This document shows, one piece after another, positions 7,925 through 15,780 of a stretch of 64,000 nt of DNA. Both the position numbers and the translations under genes were made by a program. The DNA lies in IMG/VR virus record IMGVR_UViG_3300013116_000108, positions 140,101 to 204,100 of that record, one strand, 5' to 3'. Numbering within the stretch: the first letter of the stretch is position 1; each line of letters starts with the position of its first letter. The notes under the pieces were generated by a model. The model ran no database searches, was not told the origin of the DNA, and was given only the letters and a program-made list of their open reading frames with translations.

Positions 7925-9598
7925 TTAAATTGAAATATCCTCTTCTGCTCCTGCTTCAGGTTCTGCTTCTGTGTCTCCACCTTCGCCACCCGCATCAGCA
8001 TCGCCTAGGTCATCACCACCTAAACTATCCAAATCGCCACTCAATCCGCCCGGAGTAATTCCGGCACTTCTAAGTGATTTACTTCCTATAGCAGATTCTG
8101 AGTCACCTTGTTCCTCACGCCATAGTCTGTCATTCTCTGCCATTTCTTCTTCAGTAAGACCTAAAAATCTTTCTAAAGCAAATCTTTTAGAGACATATTT
8201 TAAACCTTCCATCTGTGTAAAGTTGCTAATACGACTAGCATCAATATCACTTTGTCTATAACTAGCAAAGTTTTGAGGTTCATTAAACTCAATATCAAAT
8301 ATTGAATTATCAATGTTAACACCTCTCCAACGTAACCACAATTTAAATTCAGCGTCCATTGTACTTGCTACTAAACTTTGTAGTCGCATACAATACTGAT
8401 TAAATCTATGTTCTTGTATTAGTGCTACACCTACTTTGCCATCTGCTACTGTGTTAGTAGCGTCATCGCCTGATGTGGGCAAATATGTTGCTGGTATTCT
8501 TAAACCTCTGTACAGTTTATTAGTAAAGTATTTTAAGTCTGAAATTTCACCTAGGTTTTCACCACCTGGTAATGTTTCAACTTTAGAACCTCTACCTTCT
8601 GCTGTTTGAGGAAAGAAATAATCTTCATTTGTTGATAATGGATTGTAAGTAGCATCCATCATACTTTGTCCACCACCTGTTTGTGTTGGAATACGTCTTT
8701 GGTGTATTTCGTTTTTAACTCTTTCAACATAACCCATTGCCATGTGTGTTGGCATGTTACCTACGTCAATGTAAAATACTCTACGCTCAGGTGCTCTTTG
8801 AACCCTGTATATAATAATAGCGTCTTCTAATAATTCTTTTTGTTTGAATACTTTAAAAATATTTTCTAATACACTTGTGCCGAATGGCCAGTTATTATCT
8901 AACCCTTCAGTTAAACTTAAATGTACAACGTTTTCAGCATCTATAGAATTTTCAGTTACTTCAGTTTGTCTGCCTTGGTACTGTCCAGCCTGGTTATGTC
9001 CTGTTGTACTAGAACTAGGTGACATGTTTGCTGTTTCTGTGTGTGCTGGTGCTGTAATTGTTAAGTTTTCAAAATTAGGAGCAATATCTTTTAATACATA
9101 AACTTCAGGTGCTTTACCTTTTGCTTCGTTAACAACAACCTTCACTACGTTTTGTGGCTCAACCCAAAACCATTCAAATGTTTCTGGGTCTCTAATAAAT
9201 GTTTGATCTCCGTACTTGAGTACGTTACGAAACATTTTAAAAATTCTTTTATTAAAATCGTTTAAACTAGTCCAATTTTTAAGTTGTTCACTTAAAACTT
9301 TTACTTCTGTTTCTGTTGGATTTTCTTTAAATTTAAATGTAAATGGTGTTCCGTTTTCAGGAGACTTCATTGTACAAAATTCTGCTAGAATATCAATTGC
9401 TGTATTAACTTCTGAATCCATATCCATAGATTCATATTGATGATATCTTTCAATTCTATTCGGGTGTCCTACATATACTTCTGGTAATTGGCTTTGGTAA
9501 TTTTTAAAACCTAAATCGGCTTTAGAGTATCCACCAGCATTGCTAAGAGGACTTAGGGCGCCTGTGTCTACTGTTTTAAAATATTTTTTCCAACTCAT
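7925..9598 (-). CDS. g20: Portal vertex protein (gp20-like)
   Basis: Motifs LLEDAIIIYRVQRAPERRVFYIDVGNMP, EDYFFPQTAEGRGSKVETLPGGENLGEI and KLYRGLRIP. Confidence 0.97.
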   Translation of the reverse strand: MSWKKYFKTVDTGALSPLSNAGGYSKADLGFKNYQSQLPEVYVGHPNRIERYHQYESMDMDSEVNTAIDILAEFCTMKSPENGTPFTFKFKENPTETEVKVLSEQLKNWTSLNDFNKRIFKMFRNVLKYGDQTFIRDPETFEWFWVEPQNVVKVVVNEAKGKAPEVYVLKDIAPNFENLTITAPAHTETANMSPSSSTTGHNQAGQYQGRQTEVTENSIDAENVVHLSLTEGLDNNWPFGTSVLENIFKVFKQKELLEDAIIIYRVQRAPERRVFYIDVGNMPTHMAMGYVERVKNEIHQRRIPTQTGGGQSMMDATYNPLSTNEDYFFPQTAEGRGSKVETLPGGENLGEISDLKYFTNKLYRGLRIPATYLPTSGDDATNTVADGKVGVALIQEHRFNQYCMRLQSLVASTMDAEFKLWLRWRGVNIDNSIFDIEFNEPQNFASYRQSDIDASRISNFTQMEGLKYVSKRFALERFLGLTEEEMAENDRLWREEQGDSESAIGSKSLRSAGITPGGLSGDLDSLGGDDLGDADAGGEGGDTEAEPEAGAEEDISI

Positions 9599-9637
9599 AG
9601 TGTTTGTTTCCTATCCCAATTAAACTGGGTGTAATGC

Positions 9638-9644
9638 TATTTAT
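9638..9644 (-). promoter_or_regulatory. Late promoter (ATAAATA) for the portal gene
   Basis: Consensus core in the 53 bp gap upstream of g20. Confidence 0.55.
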
Positions 9645-9651
9645 GTACTTT

Positions 9652-12342
9652 TTAACCTTGCTGAGCAATATCCTGAATATGTCTATTACTTTTTCTATTA
9701 GATCCAAGTATAGCATTTAATTTAGAAACTGTTACATTGCCAATTTCTTTGTTATTTTCTAATTCATTTGTAGCAGTAGCAAGTAATTCACTTAAAAGTT
9801 TATTTGTTTTTTCAATACCTGCTGTAACTGACATAGATCCGCTTGTTGTTGCTAGTTCATCATTAGGTGTAATAGTTCCTCCAGTTGACGGTGTAAATAG
9901 TTCTGGCCCTCTTTCACCAACAATATAAGGATTGTCCATTCCTACAGAGCGAATGTTTCCGCCATACTGTTTAAATTGCTGTGGTTTAAACTGCCCATCA
10001 TAGGCATCAAAACTTGTATTAGCATTTAACCACGATACTATTTCGCCTGCTTTAATGTAACCTGGTGAATTTTCGCCATTCTTTCTATAAAAATCTATAG
10101 CCTCTTGTACATTACTTTGCTCTGCTTGGAATTGTCTCTTCCAATATGGCTTGTCTTTAGAACCTGCTTCTAAGTATTGAGCATATATCTCATCAAACAT
10201 CATTCCAAAGCCAGGGCCAAATCCGCCTAAGTTGTCATCACTGTCATGAGATGCTACTGTGGCACCTTTTGGTCCTTTAATTGACCATTGTTTTGCTTTT
10301 AGTTGGCCAAGATATGATTCAGCAGATTTAAGTAAGTCGCCATCTACTGATACATGTTTAGCCTCATTTACTAGAGCGGCAACTTCAGATGAAACTTGAG
10401 CGGCATCTTGTGTACCTAATTTTACGCCGCTACTTTTGGCTACTGCATCTGCTAGTTTAGATGGGTCAGCAATAAATTCAGCATTTTCTTCTGGAGATGA
10501 TTTGGCTATGATTGCCATAGCAGATTGTTTTTGGTTACCAGAGAATCCTGTACCTTCACCATCATTTTGTGCCGCGAGATCTGCCGCTACAACTAGGTTT
10601 TTCCTTCCTTCTGTCTCGTCGCCGTTTCCTATTTCTTCAAAAGCAATTTGATTCTTTAGTTGATTTGAAGCACCACCTAAAACATAATCTAGAGGATCAG
10701 CCGCAAAGTATTTTAATTCTTTAGATATTAACCCAAAGGATTTTGAGATATCTTCTCCTGCTTGTGTTACAGAATCAATCATGGTGTTGATTTTTTCTTG
10801 TATTGTTGGTTCTCCGTTTGCGCCGTCACCAAAGCCTTTGGCAAAATCCGCAACAGCGTCATTAATTGCTGATTTAAGTGAACCTGAAACTTCTGTTAAT
10901 GTAGCACCCATCATCAAGATCGCACCGCCGGCACCATCGGCTTTTTTGCTGTCGCTGGAACCAACTGCTTTGCCTAAATTATTAAATTGTGTTTGTAATT
11001 TTTGAACATCACTGGCCGCCTGTGTCATTACAGTAGCAACGTCACTAACACCATATAAGCCTTCAAACTCTTCACCACTTGCCGCAATACTTGGCAATAT
11101 GTCTCTTATACCTTCTTTGAATTCATCTTGGCTTATCTTTCCTGTTGCTACAGCGTCACCTAAGTCTCTTAATTTTTGTGCCGCATCGCTGTTACCAGCA
11201 ACAAAGTTTTTGATAGTCTGGTTACCAGCCGCCATCTCTAGTGCTAAATCTTTACCAGCAACACCCGCCATTAATACTTGAGATATTGCTGAATCTTGTC
11301 CTGCTGTACTAAAGACTAATTGTAAAGCCTTTTGAGCTTCAAGTGTAGCACCTTGTAATCTTATGTTAGCATCTGCTCTCAAATCATTTTGGGCCATTTC
11401 TTCTGCTAACTGTTGTCTACTTTTACCTGTTAGTCCTACTAGTGTGTTTAAGTCTGAAATGTATTCTTTATACAACTGAGTTTGTTGTCTGTACCCCATG
11501 TTTTGAAAATTAGTATTTCTTGATTGTGTTTGGGTATACTTTGCTAGTTGTTCTGCTTGTTCTTCATAAGACAGACCTAAAGCATATAATTCACCTCCTA
11601 CTGTATGATGAACTGTGTCTGCTAGTTCTACAAATCGTTTAGCACCTAGAGAAACACTACCACCAAAGGCCGCTAATCCTGAAGCATTTTGTTGGACAAT
11701 TTGTGTATAAGAATTCATTGTCAAACCCAACTGTTGTATTTGAGATGCTGTTCTAACAATGTCGCCGTTGTAGTTTGCTCCACTTTGACTTAATGCTATA
11801 AATCCATCATACATGTTTTGGGCATAGGCGGCAATCGCCATTGCGGCCGCTCCAGAGGCCGCTCCAAGTCCTGACAGAGCCGCTCCAACACCTGGTATCT
11901 TAGTTCCCATAACTTGGAAACTATCTGCTACTGCTCCTAACCCGTCACCTAGTGCTCCAGCACCTTGCTGTATAGCCCTACCTAACGTGTCAAAACTAGC
12001 AGGTCCTCTTATAAGATCATTAAGTACATTACCGGTATTTTTTACAATTTTACCTAAAGCACCAGCAACTGCTTTGCCTCGATCGGTCATTGTTTTATCG
12101 AGATCCTTCATCGTATCGTCGAAGTTACCCGACCAATCTTTCATACTAATGCTTAGATCTTTGTTTACTTTGGCTAGTTTTTTAATTTCGTCTTGTGTTT
12201 TTTTAGTTTCTGGATCAGATTTAGGCTTTGACCTTTGGCCATTCATTGTTTCAACAGCCTTTAATAGGTCTTTAAGAGTTTCTTCAGTTGCTACATCACT
12301 GACTATGATTTCGTTATCTTCTGTGTTAATTCTTATTGCCAT
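9652..12342 (-). CDS. Tail tape-measure-like protein (896 aa)
   Basis: Ala/Gly-rich and helical; C-terminal YIVGERGPELFTP motif typical of tape measures; divergent from the chaperone pair. Confidence 0.75.
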   Translation of the reverse strand: MAIRINTEDNEIIVSDVATEETLKDLLKAVETMNGQRSKPKSDPETKKTQDEIKKLAKVNKDLSISMKDWSGNFDDTMKDLDKTMTDRGKAVAGALGKIVKNTGNVLNDLIRGPASFDTLGRAIQQGAGALGDGLGAVADSFQVMGTKIPGVGAALSGLGAASGAAAMAIAAYAQNMYDGFIALSQSGANYNGDIVRTASQIQQLGLTMNSYTQIVQQNASGLAAFGGSVSLGAKRFVELADTVHHTVGGELYALGLSYEEQAEQLAKYTQTQSRNTNFQNMGYRQQTQLYKEYISDLNTLVGLTGKSRQQLAEEMAQNDLRADANIRLQGATLEAQKALQLVFSTAGQDSAISQVLMAGVAGKDLALEMAAGNQTIKNFVAGNSDAAQKLRDLGDAVATGKISQDEFKEGIRDILPSIAASGEEFEGLYGVSDVATVMTQAASDVQKLQTQFNNLGKAVGSSDSKKADGAGGAILMMGATLTEVSGSLKSAINDAVADFAKGFGDGANGEPTIQEKINTMIDSVTQAGEDISKSFGLISKELKYFAADPLDYVLGGASNQLKNQIAFEEIGNGDETEGRKNLVVAADLAAQNDGEGTGFSGNQKQSAMAIIAKSSPEENAEFIADPSKLADAVAKSSGVKLGTQDAAQVSSEVAALVNEAKHVSVDGDLLKSAESYLGQLKAKQWSIKGPKGATVASHDSDDNLGGFGPGFGMMFDEIYAQYLEAGSKDKPYWKRQFQAEQSNVQEAIDFYRKNGENSPGYIKAGEIVSWLNANTSFDAYDGQFKPQQFKQYGGNIRSVGMDNPYIVGERGPELFTPSTGGTITPNDELATTSGSMSVTAGIEKTNKLLSELLATATNELENNKEIGNVTVSKLNAILGSNRKSNRHIQDIAQQG

Positions 12343-12368
12343 ATTCTCATTTCACCATTATATACTCA

Positions 12369-12407
12369 TATAAATAGTTAGACTAACTACTATTATAATG
12401 TATTTAG
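12369..12407. promoter_or_regulatory. Face-to-face late promoters with a central palindrome
   Basis: TATAAATA (+, 12369-12376), CTAAATA (-, 12407-12401) and TAGTTAG-A-CTAACTA at 12375-12389. Confidence 0.55.
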
Positions 12408-12420
12408 CGGAGGAAAATCC

Positions 12421-13347
12421 ATGAGTGATAAAGAAACAAATCAAGACATGCCAAAAATGGCTACAGAGATTGAAACACCAGAAAAGGCAGTTAATCCTTT
12501 GCAGGCATATTTTCGCAGACCAGCAATTTATGTCCAACTGCCAAGTGGCGGTAAGTTCAACGAGCCGGGCGAACTTGAAATTCCCGTTAACGGAGAAATT
12601 CCAGTTTATCCGATGACAGCAAAAGATGAAATCTTAATGAGAACACCTGATGCTTTAATGAACGGTGCTACTACAGTTGAAGTTATCCAAAGTTGTTGTC
12701 CAAACATTAAAAATGCTTGGAAATTAAGTGCGTTAGATATTGACTTAATTCTTGTTAGTATTAGAATTGCGACATACGGCGAGTCTACTGAAATTAAAGG
12801 TGTTTGTCCAAAATGTAACGAAGAAAACAATTACGAGTTAGATTTAAGAACTATTACAGACAAAGTAACACAACGTGAGTATAAACCGTCAATTACAGTT
12901 AGCGATTTAAAAATACATTTTAAACCATTAACTTACGAAGCAGTTACTAAAGAAGCAATTAAAAACTTTGAACAGCAAAGAATGATTCAAGGCCTTGCTA
13001 CTGATGATACATTAGCAGAACAGGATCGAATTAATAGATTCCAAGATGCTTTTGTAAGATTAACTGTTTATTCGGTTGGGATACTAGCAGAAGCAGTAGG
13101 TCATATTGAAATGGCAGATGGTACTAAAATTTCTGATAGGCAACAAATTAGTGAATTTATAGCAAACTGTGATCGAACAATTTACAATACAATTAAGACA
13201 CACTTAGAAGAAAGTAAAACTAATTCAACTATAGAACCTATCCAATTTGAATGTGCCGGTACTACTGACACAGAAGGAAAACATACACCTTGCGGTGAGA
13301 AATGGCAACAACCATTTACTATTGATAATTCAACTTTTTTCGGATAA
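12421..13347 (+). CDS. Baseplate hub/tail assembly chaperone (gp26-like)
   Basis: Motifs VQLPSGGKF, PMTAKDEILM and DIDLILVSIRIATYG; CPKC and C..CG zinc motifs; ends ...STFFG. Confidence 0.75.
   Translation: MSDKETNQDMPKMATEIETPEKAVNPLQAYFRRPAIYVQLPSGGKFNEPGELEIPVNGEIPVYPMTAKDEILMRTPDALMNGATTVEVIQSCCPNIKNAWKLSALDIDLILVSIRIATYGESTEIKGVCPKCNEENNYELDLRTITDKVTQREYKPSITVSDLKIHFKPLTYEAVTKEAIKNFEQQRMIQGLATDDTLAEQDRINRFQDAFVRLTVYSVGILAEAVGHIEMADGTKISDRQQISEFIANCDRTIYNTIKTHLEESKTNSTIEPIQFECAGTTDTEGKHTPCGEKWQQPFTIDNSTFFG
13335..13341 (+). other. Putative -1 programmed ribosomal frameshift site (T TTT TTC)
   Basis: Canonical X XXY YYZ heptamer in the correct phase. The -1 frame is open from here into ORF 13353..13571 and is closed by TAA at 13326-13328 just upstream. 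Confidence 0.6.
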
Positions 13348-13352
13348 GGCTT

Positions 13353-13571
13353 TTGGCGTTAGATAATGAAAGCATTATCAAACTTCTCCAAGATTTTGAT
13401 AATGAGTCAAAAGCCCTACAAAAAGATTTATTGGAGACAACCTGGTATATGAGAGGAGGTATATCTTATAGCGAAGCCATGATGTTGTCACCAAATGAGC
13501 GTAAACAAATACACGATATAATTAAGCAAAATATTAAAAATACTGAAACTACTAAGTTACCTTTAATATAA
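13353..13571 (+). CDS. gp51-like chaperone segment; probably the C-terminal extension of a frameshift product
   Basis: WYMRGGISYSEAMMLSPNERK resembles tail-chaperone C-terminal segments; only a TTG start is available. Confidence 0.6.
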   Translation: MALDNESIIKLLQDFDNESKALQKDLLETTWYMRGGISYSEAMMLSPNERKQIHDIIKQNIKNTETTKLPLI

Positions 13572-13641
13572 ATTCACAATTTAAACATAGTTAAACCAAA
13601 TAACATATTTTAATATAAAGACTACCTGTTTAAATATTCTT

Positions 13642-13830
13642 ATGTACACTCACTATAATGTCATTAATGAACGTACACGCGACGTATACTGTACTGTCTT
13701 TTCTCCAGAAGAAGCACAGCAAGTAATAGACATGCAAAAAATTAATCACCCGCATGAAAGTTTTATAGTTAAAAAAATAAAAACTAGTTCTATAAAACCA
13801 GGCTTTGGGAGAGATCCAGATTTACATTAG
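13642..13830 (+). CDS. Small hypothetical protein (62 aa), probably leaderless
   Basis: TTAAATA-N5-ATG; plausible composition. Confidence 0.6.
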   Translation: MYTHYNVINERTRDVYCTVFSPEEAQQVIDMQKINHPHESFIVKKIKTSSIKPGFGRDPDLH

Positions 13831-13921
13831 GTCAGACACATACGATTTAACAGAAGACGGGTATTGGGAAATACATTTTGTAGATGATCCATGCGACGAT
13901 GTTTCGCATTGGTTTTTATAA
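13805..13921 (+). CDS. Possible 38 aa acidic micro-protein (TTG start)
   Basis: Hand translation MGEIQIYIRSDTYDLTEDGYWEIHFVDDPCDDVSHWFL*; overlaps the end of the previous ORF; weak SD. Confidence 0.3.
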   Translation: MGEIQIYIRSDTYDLTEDGYWEIHFVDDPCDDVSHWFL

Positions 13922-14370
13922 GTCAGAGTTTTCTGAAACATTAACAACATTAAAGAACAGTAATGTTATCAACTTCGTTGATAAGTTTTTTCGCTTTCGC
14001 TCAAAACATTTTTTAATTAGATATTAACGAAATAGTATTTCGTTATCATTCAGATATTTTATCCATACTTCGCCCGCTAGGGGCAAAGTAAGGTTGTCAT
14101 CATTCGAGTAACTCACCCATCATATCTAAGAAGATTTAGTATTACTACTAACGGAGGCGGCAACCCGCATACCCCCTACTTCAGCCTTCGCATTAGTCAC
14201 GGAACGTTATGTATATCGAGATATCCAACATACAAATCGCTGAGGTTGTGTCTGTTCTACAGAGCCTCATCTTTTAGCCTTGAAGTTAATTGGCCTTTAC
14301 TTGGTACAACCCAGATTCCGAACACGGGTGTCCGTGTCCTCAAGGGCATGTTTTCAGAGTACCTATATAG
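13922..14370 (-). ncRNA. Large structured non-coding element (ncRNA and/or replication origin)
   Basis: No long ORF. At least 7 hairpins; the 14066-14090 stem is perfect only on the minus strand (via G-U). Lies between convergent transcription units. Confidence 0.5.
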
Positions 14371-14371
14371 T

Positions 14372-14416
14372 TGTTAAAAGTGCTGTTAAAAGTGCTATTA
14401 AAAATGCTGTTAATAG
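14372..14416. repeat. 12 bp tandem direct repeat, ~3.7 copies
   Basis: TGTTAAAAGTGC / TGTTAAAAGTGC / TATTAAAAATGC / TGTTAATAG. Confidence 0.85.
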
Positions 14417-14425
14417 TATGTTATA

Positions 14426-14938
14426 CTAGGCACATAATGTTTTAACTAAATCTGAATTTCTTGTAAAAAATTCTTCAAAGTCTGATATGCGCCAGTTAGA
14501 GCCTGTAGTGTTTGACCAATAGTCGATGTAGTTTTTTGCTTTTGATTTGTGTCTAGATTCGATTGCGATAAATTTGCCTACTTGATTGAATTTCATTATT
14601 AATATATTGAAGTCGCCTGTTTCTGCTACATCCATTAGTTGTGATATCCACTCTTCTAACATTGGGATAGGTTCTGGTTGTAATAGTCTGTGAAATGGGA
14701 ATTGTTTATAAAACTTACATTCCGCATTAAGTTTAGGAAAACTTTGTCCGGGAACAATATCACCCTTAAAGGCTCTTACTTGCCCTTCATGAAGTATTTC
14801 CATTCTTGCTTTATTAGACCCGCCCACGTAAGCACCGGATCCTGGAGCTCTTATAAACGATTCACCGTATAGTCCGGACAAGAATTTTGCGACATCTCGT
14901 TCCCAACCTGATCCTTTTGCTTTTTGTGGGCTTGGCAT
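14426..14938 (-). CDS. Hjc-type PD-(D/E)XK Holliday junction resolvase
   Basis: Motifs KAKGSGWERDVAKFL, RAPGSGA, GDIVP and NAECKFY. Confidence 0.8.
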   Translation of the reverse strand: MPSPQKAKGSGWERDVAKFLSGLYGESFIRAPGSGAYVGGSNKARMEILHEGQVRAFKGDIVPGQSFPKLNAECKFYKQFPFHRLLQPEPIPMLEEWISQLMDVAETGDFNILIMKFNQVGKFIAIESRHKSKAKNYIDYWSNTTGSNWRISDFEEFFTRNSDLVKTLCA

Positions 14939-14976
14939 AAATTTAAATTATTCTTTCTTATAAGAAAGAACCCTAA

Positions 14977-15156
14977 TTACATAGCGTTCTTTTTTTCTTG
15001 TATTTCTGCTCTACGTGACTTACCTAGTTTTGCTAATTCACCTAGTGCCTTACGAGCTCTAGTTGCCGCCGCCTTGTTTCCTTTTTCGTCAAACTTTGCC
15101 GCTTCTTCTACATAAGACTCATATGCTTGTGTTATTTGTTCATGTAATGTTGACAT
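14977..15156 (-). CDS. Histone H1-like (Hc1-type) small DNA-binding protein, 59 aa
   Basis: KFDEKGNKAAATRARKALGELAKLGKSRRAEIQEKK. The true start is MSTLHEQ at 15156, after the SD AAGGAG. Confidence 0.75.
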   Translation of the reverse strand: MSTLHEQITQAYESYVEEAAKFDEKGNKAAATRARKALGELAKLGKSRRAEIQEKKNAM

Positions 15157-15216
15157 TACTATCTCCTTTATATAAAGGCTGTACATACAGCCATTGTTAT
15201 TTAATGTTATAGGTAC

Positions 15217-15780
15217 CTACGACAGCGATTTCTGAACTATTTCTTTAATCTCGTCCCACGAGTTGAAACAATCTAACTGAAATTGCCATCTACTATCAGG
15301 AGAATAATTAACGCCGTGGCGATGTCCACCAGCATTAATAAATGTTATTTTTGTATAATTGTGATCGTATAATAATTCGTCGTTTTCGTTATACCATTGA
15401 ATTCTCTGAGGAAATGATAATGGAATTATTAATCCAGCAGGCCTAAAATGGTCTTGATGTATATCAACTTGTGTAGCAGTTTCTTGAAAATTAGTTCTTA
15501 CTAGTTGGAATCCTGCCTGTCCACTACCGGGCATACTTTCATCTTTTTCAAAGTTAAATTTTAATCCAAATTTTTCAAAATACCTAACCCAATAATCTAC
15601 AATAGGTTCTTTTAAAATTGCTGGATTATAAACAACTTCTAACCCTAACGGTATACCGTGTTTACTATGATACATTTCAAATTCATTATCATACTTGTCG
15701 TACAAATACGAAAACTCATCTATGTTGTATCCTATAGGAGTTTCTATTACAAAATTATCTTTGGTTCGTTCAGTGTACAA
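15217..15780 (-). CDS. 2OG-Fe(II) oxygenase-like protein
   Basis: HxD (IHQD), a distal His (HRHGV) and an Arg (SRWQFQL) in a double-stranded beta-helix pattern. Confidence 0.6.
   Translation of the reverse strand: MYTERTKDNFVIETPIGYNIDEFSYLYDKYDNEFEMYHSKHGIPLGLEVVYNPAILKEPIVDYWVRYFEKFGLKFNFEKDESMPGSGQAGFQLVRTNFQETATQVDIHQDHFRPAGLIIPLSFPQRIQWYNENDELLYDHNYTKITFINAGGHRHGVNYSPDSRWQFQLDCFNSWDEIKEIVQKSLS

Noticed and set aside
14020-14060. CUGAAUGA followed by a hairpin as a hammerhead ribozyme core
   Set aside because: It does not fit CUGANGA, and there is no GAAA after stem II.
14240-14350. 30-codon minus-strand ORF (MPLRTRTPVFGIWVV...) inside the non-coding element
   Set aside because: Short, no SD, and it overlaps strong RNA stems; more likely incidental.
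14372-14416. Direct repeats as a CRISPR or guide-RNA array
   Set aside because: Contiguous 12-mers with no unique spacers; no cas-like or Nop-domain gene in the window.
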